Shown here: positions 45,972-61,601 of the stretch, piece after piece
Layout of the letters: each line of letters starts with the position of its first letter
Position numbering within the stretch: the first letter of the stretch is position 1
Assembly: GCF_009914755.1 (NCBI RefSeq)
Contig: NC_060947.1
DNA length: 64,000 bases
Strand: one strand, 5' to 3'
From: the human T2T-CHM13v2.0 reference genome, Homo sapiens
Position numbers and translations under genes: made by a program
Notes under the pieces: generated by a model
Told to the model about the DNA's origin: nothing
Database searches by the model: none
The model's input: only the letters and a program-made list of their open reading frames with translations

Positions 45972-46384
45972 AAATTGTTTCTTATTAAATGTAAAATGAA
46001 AGGCAACATTTGTCCTGCTTTCTGCCCTTCCTTTCAAGCACTTCCATTTCAAGCATTAATGTAATCAAACTTCATTTGTCCAGAATTTGTTATAATAAAC
46101 CCTGATTAAGTTTACCTATAAAAAAACTAAAGTACGCTGGCAATAAAAGACTATAGTCTTGTTAACTTTAAAAGAGGCTTGAAGGTTTTAACATGAACAG
46201 TAGTAATTACAAAGGAGTTACACGAGTTTGTCTTATTTAAGCAAATCTAAGAGGATTTATATCAAAATGCTTTTTGCTGTTAAATGACATTCTTGTACAT
46301 ATTTGGAAGCATCTCTTTTTTTAAAACAATTTAAGATATTCTCAAGTTGGACTAGCATGCCCAAATATTCTTTCTTTTTTCTGT

Positions 46385-46721
<337 letters not shown>

Positions 46722-48804
46722 TAATTATATCAAGAGCTGACCTTTAAAAAGTCCAAAACTTCATATTAAAAGATATGTTATTCAATACTTCAAAAAGTAC
46801 TTATTAAAATAATTTTAAGTTACAAAAGCTTCATTTTTTAAAAGAAATCACTTTTCTCCTAAGATTCTTACCTTTCCATTTGTATGCAGTCCCACAGATT
46901 ATTACTTTCACAAAAATATAGCATAGTACTAAGATATATCATGCAGCCCCCAGCACTAAAACAAATCAATTTTAGCAGCGCTAATCCTCCGTAGAGTACC
47001 ACTTTCTAGATGAGGCAGATAAACAACTGCAAATCCAGTAAATCTATTCATAAAGTGGATCATCTCAAAGTAAAAGCAAATTCATGAGTATTATGCTTGC
47101 TTTTGGTACCTCACTTATTTTGCATTTCACAGATTACTTTAGTGAGAAAAAATACCAACAGCAAACAAAGCTCAAAAGAAAAACAACACCACAAATTTCA
47201 AAATGATGCTGTTAGTATAAAAAAGAAAGGTTGACACATCTCAAAGCACTAATCAACACCATCATGCATCAACCGCTAAGGGTTAAAGCCCAAATGCCCA
47301 GTATTTAACTATTTGATCTTCACGGATCAAGCAAGGACTTAGAAATCATCTCACGTGCAACAGTATTTGCATAGCACTCCATTTTATCCATGCCACAAAA
47401 ATGGTAAATTTAGTAGTTACCAATAAATAAGTTGGGGATCAAAGGGACTAAAGCCTTAGACTGCTCTTTATCATAAGATATCCTCAGACAAACCTCCCCA
47501 TTCTTCATTCTGGCTCTATAAAATTAAGGAGCAGAGAAAAACTGGTAAGTGCTTGACTTTACAGAAAAAAAGCCATACTATTATTTCCTTTGTCATTATA
47601 TATGTGTGTGTTTAAATAAATCCAACTACATCACCACCCCCCACCATATCCCTCCAAAAATCTAGCTTAAAATAGGTGGTGGGGAAAAGTATTCCAAGTA
47701 TTGCAAAGAATATCAATTTAGCAATTTCAGCATGTTGTACTTTAATAATTTAAGAATCATCTTTAGTACCAGTGGCATGTTAAGACAGCCAAACATTAAA
47801 AAATGGATAACGGGCCAATTTCTGGGCTTTACCCCCAAATCTAATTATGTATTCATACAACCAAACACCAAAAGGAATAAACATGAAGTTTGGTCTAGAA
47901 ATGTCAAAACTAATCCTTTATTTACCAAGTAATGAAGTAAAATAAAAAAGATATCTTTATTATCTAATCACAATATCTGCTAATATTTTAGCAACTATTA
48001 TTTGAATGTACATTTAATGTTACATTTTTATTACTAACTGTAATATGCTAACAGAAAATCTGTATCCACTGACCCTCTTCCCTATTTGGCTATAAAATGA
48101 AGGACTACCTTAAACTATGTGTTTATACAAATTGGGTAAGAGAAATTTTTTTTTAATTTTTCTGAAGAAAATAAGCATTCTTAAGGATAGAAATGTATAT
48201 TTCACAAATTAAAAAAAAATCAAAATCATTGAGATGTGTATACACCTTTAAGCCAACAGATAAGTACATGATAAGTTCAAAGTCATCTTTGGTGCTTAGA
48301 AATAATCAATTCAAGTAAAAGACCTGACACTAAACAGAAAAATAATGACACATGAAAAAGTAGATTAAAATTGACCAATTAGGACTTCTACTACAAATGT
48401 AAGTCTGAATTTAGATCTTCACAGCTATATTTACAATTTTGGAAGCAAAATCATTTCATGAAATTGATTAAGTGAATGCTATACCCCAAACTATAAGACC
48501 AAAAAAGTTATTATAAATCCAGGCATTTTGATCAATCCAACAAGAAATAGGTTGAAAAATATTATTTATATCTACATATCCAATAAAAAATTCCAACTGC
48601 TGATAATCTGGACAATAAAAATTTGCAGTCTAAGAAGTCAAAGATGGCACTGTCTTAGGAAATCTACTCTTTTCCACACAGAAAAACCTCTGGGAGAATT
48701 ATGAATTTCTCACTATATGACTGAGAAACAAAGAAGTTCATATCTAAAACAGAACGTTTAAAATATATATACCAAGACAATACATAACTGGGGTTAGGGG
48801 AAGT

Positions 48805-49045
48805 GCACAGTGGTTAAGATTTTACACAGCTGTGAAGCCTAGTAGATCTGGGTTTAGAATCCTGGTTTTGCCAGTTGCTAACCAGGTGGCCTCAGACCAG
48901 TCATGGAACCTCACTGAGATTCCACTTTCTCATTAGGCTACCTCTAACCTTTCACAGGGTGTCTTGAGGATTAGCACAGGATGCTTAAAGCAAACTGCTG
49001 AGCCCAGGGCCTCACATACAAGCACTCAAGCGTTAGTTACCATCA
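48805..49045 (+). mobile_element. MIR
   Basis: GTGGTTAAGA...CTGGGTTTAGAATCCTGG...AACCTCACTGAG...TTTCTCAT...TGAGGATTA. Confidence 0.7.
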
Positions 49046-49618
49046 TAATTATTTTTGTTGTCATGGTATCCAAAACAAAAAGTTTTCCAGCAGTTTGTGG
49101 AGTGCTTTTTCTCTTATTCCACTTGCTATTTTATGAACATAATATTCAAATACTCTCCCACAGATGTAAACTTGTATCATGCATCAAAAATATAAATGAA
49201 TCTATTTTTAGGAAACATGCATCTTGCCATTCCTGCATTTCTTCTCAGAGTATGTTGATGAAGAGAACAGAATAACCTGAAGCCTTACTGCTCCACACAG
49301 ACTTGAGCTTGGCTTCATAATGGCCTTAACCTACGATGTATTCTCACTCTAAATTCAGAATGGACCACCACCTACTGCTTCCCCAAGACCTACATGGCTA
49401 AGAAAAATGGTTCACTCAGACTGCTAAATAGACAATGTCTCAATGTGGTACTCAGTTTCGTTTGTGTACAAAGCAATGTAAAAGTAGTCATAGAAGAGAA
49501 ACAGGACCACAGCTTTCTTCTAAAGACAAGGAACTGTAATTAACAGTACTCATTTCTTTATTTTAAACAAAGGTTACAAGGGGGTAAGGAAAATTTTACA
49601 TGGGACCAACCATACTCA

Positions 49619-49981
<363 letters not shown>

Positions 49982-50183
49982 TCAAACAGAAGGACAATAT
50001 TAACTATTAAAATACTCCCATAGGGGAATATATATACATATGTACATATACACACACAAATAAATGTGGATCTGCAATAATGTTCTTATCCCCTAGTACA
50101 TTAAATACTGAATATATGCTCTAAGGTAAACTTAACATTGCTGTCATATTCTAAGGCCCATAGCAATTTCCCAGTAGCATTTA

Positions 50184-50496
<313 letters not shown>

Positions 50497-52292
50497 TTAC
50501 TCTCCAGGAAAAATATTAAAATTAAAAGTTGAACTTCAATAACTTTAAATACATTTTAAAGCCAATGTAATTAATCAGAAAATGATAGAAAAACTTGGAA
50601 GAAATGCCAGGTTCTGACAGAGCAGAATACAGATCTGTGACAAAATATGAAAGTGATCAAGGGAAGACCTATATGAAAAATTCCCAATTTCTAATCCTGG
50701 TTTTGACCTAATTTTTAAAAAAGTCTGATTAGTGAACAGCAAAATAAGGAGATACTAACTTTAAAAACCAATTTTACAACAGTAGAGTATATGCTTATAG
50801 TCAGCGCACCTGATATTAAAAACAAACCTCCAGAATAACATTTCCAATCAATTGGTAAACCACTGTGGCAAACTGTACACACAAGGCAAAAGGTCTGTGT
50901 TCATTTCACTACTGAAGAGTAGATGGCACCAGGGCTGCCAATCTAATACTTCACTTTTGCAGGCACCTTAACCACTCTTCTGATAACTACAAGATCATTA
51001 AGTGTACAATGCATTGTCTCACATTTAGTAGATGTCTATCCAGATGATGTCATCTCAACTTCAAGCAATCCCCACAACTGTCCCAGTCAGTGACTGATGC
51101 AGTGAGATTCTCAAACAGCTTTCCCTTCCTCACAGAGTCCAAGAGTTAAGAAGTTAAAATGGAGAAAGTAAGTTACTCTTCTCCCCTTATTTCACTCCCT
51201 TAAAACTGAATGCCTCCAAGGCTAAAAAATGGGACTGAAAGTCACCTTTGGTGAGACAAGAACAAACTGATAAACATGTATGTAACAAAGAAGGGACTAA
51301 AATAAACTGGAAATACAAAATCATATTTTCAATGCTTCTGGAAAATGAACCAGTGAGCCAAAAATATTCAAGACTTTTACATACATGCAAACACACACTT
51401 AACAACTACTTTAGTGAAAACACATTTCATTTTTCAATATTTACTAATCACTTCTCATGCTGTAAGCTTTCCATATGATAAAAATCACAATTAGCTCTAA
51501 AGCATAATTCAATTTGGTATCTGAATTAAGGTATCATTAAGTTTTTGGAAAAAGGTAGCCTTATCTATGAAATGTTAAGCTTCAGAAATAGAAGGTACAT
51601 CAGCATCAACTGCACAATTAACCCAAGATGACTATGGTAATTAGAAAGAAAAGGGAGTTACACATCTGGGGATATGGAGGTAAGACAAGAATGCAGTTTG
51701 ACAGAACATGGTTTGTTATTTAAGAAGAGCAAAGAGAAATGCAAATACTGTTTAGTTTTGCTAACAAAAAAAACCTGGAAGTTTCTACAAAAAGTATAAT
51801 TAGAAAACACTATCATTTGCTTGGCTACTTTTGCATTTAATGGACATGAGGTAAAAATATGAGCCAATTTGGAATTAAAATGTCATAATCTCATAGTCAA
51901 CTCCTGATTATCTACACTAATGAAAAAGGGGGTTATCTTAAACAATTTGAAGCAATAGATGGAGAGTTCTCAACTTACTGCTACTTTCAGCCAATCTTTT
52001 CCCTTCTTCAAATAGTCTGTCCTCTAAAGGTTTAGACTCCAGTGTTTTAGGGTCCAAAAAGGGCCATTGGGAAGAGGCCTGACCGACAGACCATCTCCAA
52101 ACTGAACCATCCATCCATAGATAACTGAGTTGACGTGACTGACACATATTCCAGTCAATAAACTGCACATGGATGGACACTACATGACAAGCATGCTTCA
52201 GAGTACTTTCTGAAACTGTAAGAATGATGAATGAGACTTCCCCAGCAAGAGCAAAACATGCTAGTGCCTAGTGAAGAGAATAAGTAGCTTAC

Positions 52293-52430
52293 CTCCTGCA
52301 GTAGATCAGCCTGCTCAATTGCTTTAAGGACATTTTTCTTGGATGTTTCCTGAACTTCCCCTCCCAAAAGAAACTCATCCAAAATAAAATAAGCCTTCTC
52401 AAAATTAAAGATGATATCTAGTTCACAGAC
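52293..52430 (-). CDS. AP1S2: AP1S2 exon 4 (138 nt)
   Basis: cttttcag|GTCTGT...CAGGAG|gtaagc; [46 protein letters not shown], the adaptin small-chain signature. Confidence 0.98.
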
Positions 52431-52816
52431 CTGAAAAGGAAAAAAAAAAGAAAAAAGAAAAGAAAAAATTGTTAAAACTTGCAGAAGCAGAAGATGCTTA
52501 TTCACTATCAGGTAGTGAATAAAATCGAACTAGAGTGAATCAATCTTAACTCTTTCTAAAAATGACTAAGTATCACTGGTTTAAGTAAGCTTAATTTCCA
52601 AATCTCAAGTACTTGAAAACATATTCCTACAAGCTAAATAAGACTGGGCTCTGCATGTTCCCAATATGGACAACTTAATAATTTCTACTAATAAATAGTC
52701 ATTCCCACCCTCTCCCGCGGTTAGAATCCCCAAGACAACCAAATAATAAACTTGTTAGAGAAAAGGTTCCAAAATATACTATGGCATTCAATTTCCTAAA
52801 ATAAAATACTACTCAC

Positions 52817-52925
52817 ACTGCCGAAATACTTGTCAAGTAATTCCACATAACGATGAATTATTTCCAGGGTAATTAGTTCATTGTCCTGATCCTCAATAGC
52901 ACAGCAAAAATACAGACTAGCATAT
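52817..52925 (-). CDS. AP1S2: AP1S2 exon 3 (109 nt)
   Basis: ttacag|ATATGC...GGCAGT|gtgagt; [36 protein letters not shown]. Confidence 0.98.
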
Positions 52926-55900
52926 CTGTAACAAAGTACAAATGTGAAAAAAACTGTTATCCTATAATGATGTTTTCTAAATATATTTTCATATCCTATT
53001 ATGAAAAGCCCCAAGTTTATACAGTTTATTTCTTCTTTCACGACAGTACAGATTTTTCTCATAGACTACAAAAGTAATAAACGCATAACAGAAATTTTGA
53101 AAAGCATAGGCAAGTATAAAGAAAAAATCAAAATAATCATACCACTTAGAATAAGTGATTTTGCCCTTCTTCCTTTCAGGTTCTTTTCTATAAGCATTTT
53201 AAAACATAGCAGACCCAGGTTTTTCCTAAGTTTACTTAATTAAAACAAAATATATAGCAGATTAATTCAAACTGTAAGTACAGAGAAGAAAACAAACCTT
53301 CCAACTGAAGGAGGACTTGTTGAGGATAATGCCAAGGTGAGGTCAATATTTTGGGATATTTTATTGGAATATGTATAATATATACACAGAGAAGACCTTA
53401 AGTCCTACAAGCTCAATAAATTTTCAAAGTGAACTCAACTATATATCAGCACCCACATCAAGAAGCTGAACACTACTGAACCCTGAAACTCCTCTGCTAC
53501 CCTCTCCCAGTCACAACCTCCCACCCCCAAGGGTAACTATGCTCTTGACTTCTAACAGAATAGAATTGTTTTTAAAAAGGTTTCTAGGATTGCAGAATAA
53601 ACCATACGAAAAGAACAACAGCTCCACGTTATTACAGAAGTTAGAGAAAGAGAACAGAAAGTTCCTATCACTTAAGGGAAACAGAGGCCTGTTCTCAAAT
53701 TTACCAAGTTCTACACTGTTGAACTGAAGTGTAGTTTATTTACCCTAGAAGAGGGAATAAGGTTGGGAAACTTATATTCTCCTTCAAATTAGGATTCTAG
53801 CATATGGAATCATGTTATGCTTGACCCAAGGAAGCAAAACTTCAACCCTGAGGCATAGCAAGTCCTTTGAGGAGGATTAAAAGGGCATTTTAAAATGGTT
53901 TACATGTACTTAAGGCTTTTGAAAAGAAAGAAAATAAAAACCTAAGATAGGCTAAACACAGAACATTTCAGTGGAGATTATAATTTTCACTGAAGATCAC
54001 TTAAATGATTTTTAGAAAACACAATGGGCAGTTACTGCTCGTAGCATTAATGTAAAATAATACTGTATACAGAATAACACAACCTGTTTTGAGACTCAAT
54101 GAATTCTTGCTCCTTAGTATGAAAATAACTAGTATTCACACAACAGCATTAATTTCATTATTAAAACCATTTCATCTTATTTGATGTTTTCAACAGCAAG
54201 TACTATCTTTCATCCTTGATCACAGATTAAAAAAAGACAAAAAAAAAAATGAGGCTTAAGAGTACAGCGCCTACAAGTGCTAGTACTGGGATAAGAAACC
54301 TGATCTTTTGACCTTAACTCCAGGCCTTTTTCCACTGTATCATACAAACTCACTTGGCATATATATCATGAGTTTGTGCATGTCTACTCTACCTGACTTC
54401 CACACTCAGTAAGTTATTTAAAATGGTGGAGCTACTGCAGTCTTATTGAGAGGAGGTATTCACATGTGTTCATTTATCATCATTGTGAAGGGAATAAGTC
54501 ATGGAAGACAAAACAGGGCATCAATGCCAACTTTAACAAAGTGCTCCCTCTCTTTCCCATCGTTACTGTTTTTGTTTGTCTATTTAAAAGAGAATAGAGT
54601 ATTCCAACTCTCCATCCTCCCTAACCCATGCTCATTAAATAGAACTTTGAATTTGAGGAAACTGATAAATGACACATAAGATTCCCTGATTTAAGAAAAC
54701 TAAACATTAAAGGGACTGACATAAAAATGGTAGATTAAAAACCAGATATGACTAGCTGATAGGAACAGAATGCTAAATAATTTATTATACAAAGTTTACT
54801 AACAGTTTCAAGTAAAATTCCTTTTATTTAAGATTTCCTCATGCTACTATTAAACAAGCTAATGCTCGTACCATCCTCGCTCCTTATCCACAGTACTGCC
54901 TCTTTACTTACAAATAAAAAGCACTTAAACACTAGTCAAAGGTCCTAAACTGCATGAATCACTTGGAAGCATTAATTTAAAAATCATCAGAAACAATGTG
55001 TCTAAGCCCCAGCCAGTAATGTTTACTTTCACTCGGAATGGAAAAAGAATAATCAAATTAATGAATTCTTTGGTGTAGGTGAACAGATAGCTATCAGGAT
55101 AATAATGTACCTCTTTCCAGAAAGCTTAGGGCAGGAAAAAAACAGAAACATAATAATTAAGTACCATTCACTGAATCCTCGCCCTACATGAGACATTAAA
55201 TGTTAGCTAAGGCTTTTGCATATTTTACCACTCTAATCCTCACAACAACCGTATCCATGAGATACCATTATTATTTGCATTGATAAGAGACCCAGGTTTG
55301 AGTAACCTGCCTAGGAACAGCAATTTGACTCTAGAGCCCAAGTTTTACATTAAAAACTATAGCCAGCAATTGCATTAACGTAATCCCATACCTGGCAAAA
55401 ATTAAAATGTGCTCGAAACAATATTTTAAGAGCTTTGAAGAGAAGTAAAATATGCCATACTGATTTAGTAAAAGATTACCAAGAGAACCTGAAGTGTACT
55501 TCCTATATTTAGGACCAAATGGTTTTAAAAAAATCAATAATGAGCTCATTTTGTTCTCTTAGTGCCTATTTGTAAGTCTAAATCTGAAGTAAAATTAATA
55601 ATAGACTAGTAAGAAGAAAGGTATGTTTGGTTATTTTTAGCACAGTGGATTAAGGCTTACTCTAATTACTGGCACTCAGAGAACATCTGAAAGTGCCTAT
55701 TCTTATATTCAAAACACATGACTTCTCCGCAGTCAGCTAAATATCAGCTAAATATCAGCTGACTGTGGGTGAATGTAGCTGAAGTGTTCTCAATACCCAC
55801 TGGTATGTCATTAAAAATTCTTTTGTTAGTAAAGAAAATCAGTAAGTATTCTTTAACAAATTATCAAGCTAGTAATTTGGAGATATATATGTTTTTAAAT

Positions 55901-56589
55901 TAATTTTAAAAGACCTTAATCCAGTGACTCTTCCACAAAATGCTACACAAAACAGGAATCAAAAAAGCACAGTATTCTGTCTTGAAGGGATCTTCAAGAG
56001 CATTTAGAGATAAGGAAACAAAGTGACTTGTTTAAAGTCATAAAACTAGCTAACGTTACAAAGGGAACAGAACTTAAGTCCCCAGATTTTCAGTCTGTCT
56101 TTTCAGCTAATATTATTCTTATCCATCATTCCCCTCTCAAAAGGGGGAATTTGTATGCCAAATACTCAGGATGAAGAATGTAGATGAGATAATTTAACAA
56201 AAACAACAAAAATCACTTGCTGATATGAACAGCAGAAGTCCTAGTCCAGAATTTCTCAGGCGCTAAGCAGTAATTCTCCTGCTTAAAAAGCTCTTCGCTT
56301 CCAGCAGTAGGGAAAACAAACCACCTGTTTATACCAACAAAAAATATGTCCGTAAGTGGTAGAGTAGATGAGGTTTTCAGTATGAAATGGAAGGGGGAAC
56401 GTATAGAGAAAGAACTGATAAATTCCACCTTTTGTATATGACTGATATCTCAATAAAGCTGTTTTTTTTAAAGTCCACCTTTTATTTAAAGGTGCTTGAT
56501 ATAAGTATCAGAGTTGGATTAGATACCCTTTGTAGCTTTCAAAAGAAAAAGTAGTGGCTCAACACGGACAGACTGAGTGACATGTGCAT

Positions 56590-57760
56590 GAACACCAAGC
56601 AGTGCTTTCCTTTCTTCCCATAACAGCCCATTCCTGGGATTGAATCCCTTGCTGGTATTTTCCTCCTCCACACGGGGGACTCCTTCCCCTATCTAGAAAT
56701 AAGCTTAAGCCTCTCACACCTTCTTTTTTAAAAACCTTGTCCCCCACTCCTATGTCTATGAGTGGTTACCACCTCGTCTCCTGTCCTTCACAGCAAAGTT
56801 CCCCAAAATAGTCTACACATGCTATTTAAATTTCTCCACCTCTTCACACTTCGCCCCATTACATCGAGAGTTCTATCTCCACTATTCCACTGAAAATGTT
56901 CTGGCAAAGGGCATTATATGAAATGCTCACTGTAAAATCTACCAGATTCCTTCCTCACTTTCATTGAACTTTATGCAACATCTGGCATTGGTGAAATTTC
57001 TCATTCCACTCTGAAGGTCCCTTCTTCATCTCCTTTGCCTGCCACTTGAATGCTGGTGATCTAATACTTTGTCTTATTTTCCCCAGACTTCCATACCTAC
57101 ACCAACCACATCCCACCAGAAAATCAGGCTTCTCTTAATGAAAGTCACATAGACATCCCCAAATCAACTCACCCCAAAATAAGCCGAGTTATCTAGCTCA
57201 CCTTGTACCCCATCAGCAAACCAGAAATGTGGAGATCACCCCACTCCTCCCTTTCCTTCGCTGCTCTCTCCGCTTTGTTGTTGTCGTTGAGGGTCTCACT
57301 CTGTCACCTAGGCTGGAGTGCAGTGGCCCAATCAGGGCTCAGTGCAGGCTTGAACTCCCAGGCACAATCAATCCTCCCACCTCAGCCTCCAGAGCAGCTA
57401 GGAATACAGGTGCATGCCACCACGCCCAGCTAATTTTTTTTTTTTTTTTAATTGTAGAGACGGCGGGGTCTCACTAAGTTGCCAGGGCTGGACTTGAACT
57501 CCTGGGCTCAAGCGATTCTCCTGCCTCGACCTCCCATATTCTTCCCACTTCTAGAGGTGACCAAGTCTTATCAAACCTACCTATTTGATAATGGCTATTT
57601 AGTGACAGCCCTCCTTTCTAGCGCCTGGGTTCAGGATCTCACATAGTCTCCTACTGATCCTGCAGGTGCCAGTCTCAGCCCCTCCTGCCCTCATCCATTG
57701 TCTCAGTTCAATCTTTTAAGATATGTAAACCTGATCTTTTTCCAGCCCTGTTTAAAATCT
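56590..57760 (+). mobile_element. L2 remnant interrupted by an Alu
   Basis: CCACTATTCCACTGAAAATGTTCTGGCAAAG, CTCACATAGTCTCCTACTG, AATCTTT...TGTAAACCTGATC; approximate. Confidence 0.6.
57275..57535 (-). mobile_element. Alu (AluJ), 5' end missing
   Basis: GAGGGTCTCACTCTGTCACC...CTCGACCTCCCA. Confidence 0.9.
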
Positions 57761-59259
57761 TTGCCTCTAAGCTTAAGATCTGAGTTGCAGCCCCATGTCA
57801 ATCACTAACTGGCATATGGCCCTAGACAAGTCACTTCTCCCAAATTTGCATTCTTTATAAAATTGAAGTTTGATCAACAACGGCAGTTTTCAAACTCAAG
57901 AACTGTCTCCTGTGCAGAGGGGTAAAGGCCAAGTGAGCCAGGATACAGGATCCTCATTCCTGATTTCACAAGGAGCAGCCTCACTTCCACTCATTTTATT
58001 TAAGGTTCTACCCATGGGGCAAAAAGCTTAAAACAAAACAAAACAAAACAAAATCACCTGACTAGATCACTGTAAAACATCTCTCACCTCTCAAATGATA
58101 TGATTTTTCTATAATCTTTAATAAGACCAAACGAAACACTGGATACAAAATCACCCAAAGATACAAAATCACCAAAGATCATTCAATAATAAAGAGGAGT
58201 CCTCAGTATTTAAGAAACTTATGTCTTGTAATCTCCATTTCTTCCCAGCCATCTCCCTGACAAAATATCCAACCCATATTTGGAGTGCAATAAAGGGAAG
58301 CTGAGAAGAAAACCAGACTTCTCTCCCACCCTCATTGTATCCCATACTGTTACTTCCATGTATACTCCCCACACAAGAGAACTTTTTATATGCAGAAATG
58401 CTCTTATCTTAAATTCAGCAAATTATTCAAAAAGAAACAAATGGGGAATGAAGTAAATGTCCCCTCAAAAAATGTTCTGTAAAAGAAGAAAGTTTATTTC
58501 TTTTAACCTACTTAGAACAATCTTGAGAAATTTATTTTAGGGTATTCAGGGTTTCAGATATTTATAAAATAAAGACGTATAGCATTAAAAAAATTTTAGT
58601 GTTAAAAGCCAATCTATGAGTCATTTTGTAACATCAAATTTTTAAAAAATCTGTCCTTGGAAAAATTATCTGTCATATTTAATTGCACCCCCACCATAGC
58701 AACAAGGGTACTTAAAAGTTAATAAACACTACTTACAAACACATCTCATGTATACACAAAGTTTTTAAAACATCTATGTGATTGAAATAGTCTACATAGT
58801 CAAGGTATTTACACGTGAGTAAGATTCTAAAAATCAGATAAAAGGCATGTCAAATATTAGTCATTACTTTATAGATTTTCGGGGAAAAAGAATTAGACTC
58901 TATCTGTACTTGTCTAAATTCAGAGAATTACTCACACAATTTAAAATACTGACCCTACTTTCCCCTGCAATGAAATGAATTCATTAAACTCTTCTATAAA
59001 GATGATTAAGCATGAATAATCATTTATGCCTTTAATTATATAACTAGTTTTCAAAGGATTTCCCTGCCTTTATCATTTCAGCCTCAGTAATTATCAATCA
59101 AAACACTAGTTATTTTAAAAACACAAAGCTTTACCTTAAACCTATTTCATCTAAATCTTTATTAATCGTTATTTATAAATGTCATCACTGAAGTCTGCAA
59201 TTTCCTAAATGACCTAACATTTGATTCTATTTCACCTTTCTGACAAACAAAAATTATAC

Positions 59260-59438
59260 CTTTTGTAAACAATCTTCAGATCTCGCCACTCAAGGAAGCT
59301 GCACATTTTAGGTTTCCGTGCTAAAACGGTCTGAACAAGTTCTCTTGTGATCTTTTTCTTCTCTTTGTCTGATAGTGGGACATACCATTTTTGCAGTCGA
59401 AGCTTTCCCTGACGACTAAAAAGCAACATAAACTGCAT
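59260..59438 (-). CDS. AP1S2: AP1S2 exon 2 (179 nt), beginning exactly at the ATG
   Basis: cttaacag|ATG CAG TTT...AAAAG|gtataa; [19 protein letters not shown]...DLKIVYK. Confidence 0.98.
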
Positions 59439-61601
59439 CTGTTAAGATAAATAAAATCAAGATTACATGTAATACTTTGAATCAATAAAGTTAAGATTAT
59501 GTGTTTCACAGAGAAGTTTTGGGGGATGGGGCATTTACATGACAAATGATTAGTAGCCATCAATATTTCTATGCCAATTAAAATAGCAAGAAATTCTTTT
59601 GGACAGATCTTCCTCTAGATGCAAACCTTCCAATCCCACCTTGTTCCACATTAAGTTTGAAGGGGAGTGTGCAGGAGAAAAAAGAAAAATGGGTAATAAG
59701 CTGAAGTGAAATTTTTGAAGAAAAATAAAGATCACTCTTTCAATTTAAGAAACTATTTTCTACCTGTGCTATACATTGCGCACTCTCTATATGCATCAAA
59801 AGAGAATGGTAGACATCATCTGGTTTGGGTACTTTTGAAAGAAACAGAAGACCTGCTATTTTTCATCCTGAGGCCGTTCTAGTTCCAGGGTGAATTACTT
59901 GCAGACAGTAGCTTATGTCTTGGAATGTTCTCCTCAGTTTATGATGGCATATTTTAAGCAAAACAGAATGATCCAAAATATTAACTGAAAAATCCCATAA
60001 ATACAAATTTTCATTAATAAAAAAGTATGTTTTCATCTGACTTTTAAAGCATTCCAACTTAAATATGTACAAAATCTAGAACTGAGTTAATGTATTATGA
60101 AAAAGAAAACAAACGTTTAAAAGGCCACAATAAGATTTACACTTATTAAATAAGATTCAGCATTGAAACATTACATGAAATACTTCATTTAAAATAAAAA
60201 ATAGTATCTACAGATGGAATGGATGCTGAATTCTAGTGTGTTTTATACTTAAACTAATTTGTATGTATTTATTTGTGATCTGCAAATGTGTTGATTAGTC
60301 TGCATGTTTCATTTTTAACGCCAAGCTTTTTGTAATCCAATTGGTCATCTCAACTGCAAACAGAAGTATTGTTTCTACAAAGGTAATTTAAAGGCAGAAT
60401 TCACATAGGTATCCTTTTTTCTTTTAATCACTGTTAAGTTCCTTTAACAGCGTTACTGCAAATAAGATTCAAGCATGATTCTCAAGATTCACCACACCAT
60501 CTTGAATTTGAACACGGGGAGGGGAAATTTACAGAACCAATGTAGAATAAAAATGGGCCCTAAATTTCGGTAAGAAATTATCGTCGCTTTTTGTAACCAC
60601 CCAAAAAGGTATCAACAAGATATCTAGAAATGTATGACGTGGCAATTCAACTTTAGTAAAGTTAAAATGGTCTTATTACCTCACTTAAAATGCGTCAGGG
60701 GAACAAAATATAAGGACATTATTAGGTGATACCAAAGTGCCTCCCGTGCAAGTCCTGAAGATAGCGGCATTCGAAGGGGGCAGGAAGTGAAGCATCAACT
60801 GGGCATTTACTGCAAACCCGTTACCAGAACTTGGAAAAGAATGGACCTCGTATTCCTAGATCTTGGTGACCAGAAAGGGTGAGGGTTTGCCTGCGAAGAG
60901 TATGGGCTCAAGGCTGTCTGGAGCAGGGTCCTGTATCCGCCCTACCACTTTGCAGGACGAAAAAACAATGTATTCTCCTTAAAATAAATTATGTCCTAAC
61001 ATGGGACGAAACCCGGTTGCAAAGCACGAGTATTCCTTCCCTCGTGTTAAAAACCAACGCTTTGATTTTGCCGCAAATCACAGGGCACCACAATTCCTCG
61101 AGACTGGCATTAAAAACAATGGGCTCAGCCGCGGCGCGGGCTCGGGGCCAGCGTTCCTCGGGTCCGGCCGTCGCCGGTGCCTCCCCCCCACTCCCGTGGC
61201 CACACTCCATCACTGACCAAGCCCGGGAGAGGTGACAGGCAAGGAGCGGAGCAGACAATGGCATCCGCCGCCGCGCAGGGGGCGCCAAGAGTCCTCGGCC
61301 GCCACCGCCCCCGGCCCCTCCCGAAAGCGCCCCGCAAAACTTGAGGCGATTCCCGAACCACAGGTGCCGCGAGGCTGTCGCGGAGCCCGGGACTGGCCCC
61401 CACATCCCCGGGCGCGGCGCGGAGTGGTGCGGAGGGCGCGGACACGGAGAGAAGTGAGTTGCGGGCGCGGCGACCCAGTGGCGGGCCGGGCAGGCTCGGG
61501 GTGGGGTCGTCGGGGCGCGCGCGGGGTGGCGGGGGGCGCGCCCAGTCCTCCCTCCCCCTCTCCCCCATCCCCGGCGCCCCCTTTCGCCCCCAGGGACTTA
61601 C

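Noticed and set aside
60409-60450. GTATCCTTT followed by TTCCTTTAACAG on +, resembling U12 signals
   Set aside because: Only 42 nt end to end, branch motif abuts the AG, and it is antisense to AP1S2 with no known + transcript; likely chance
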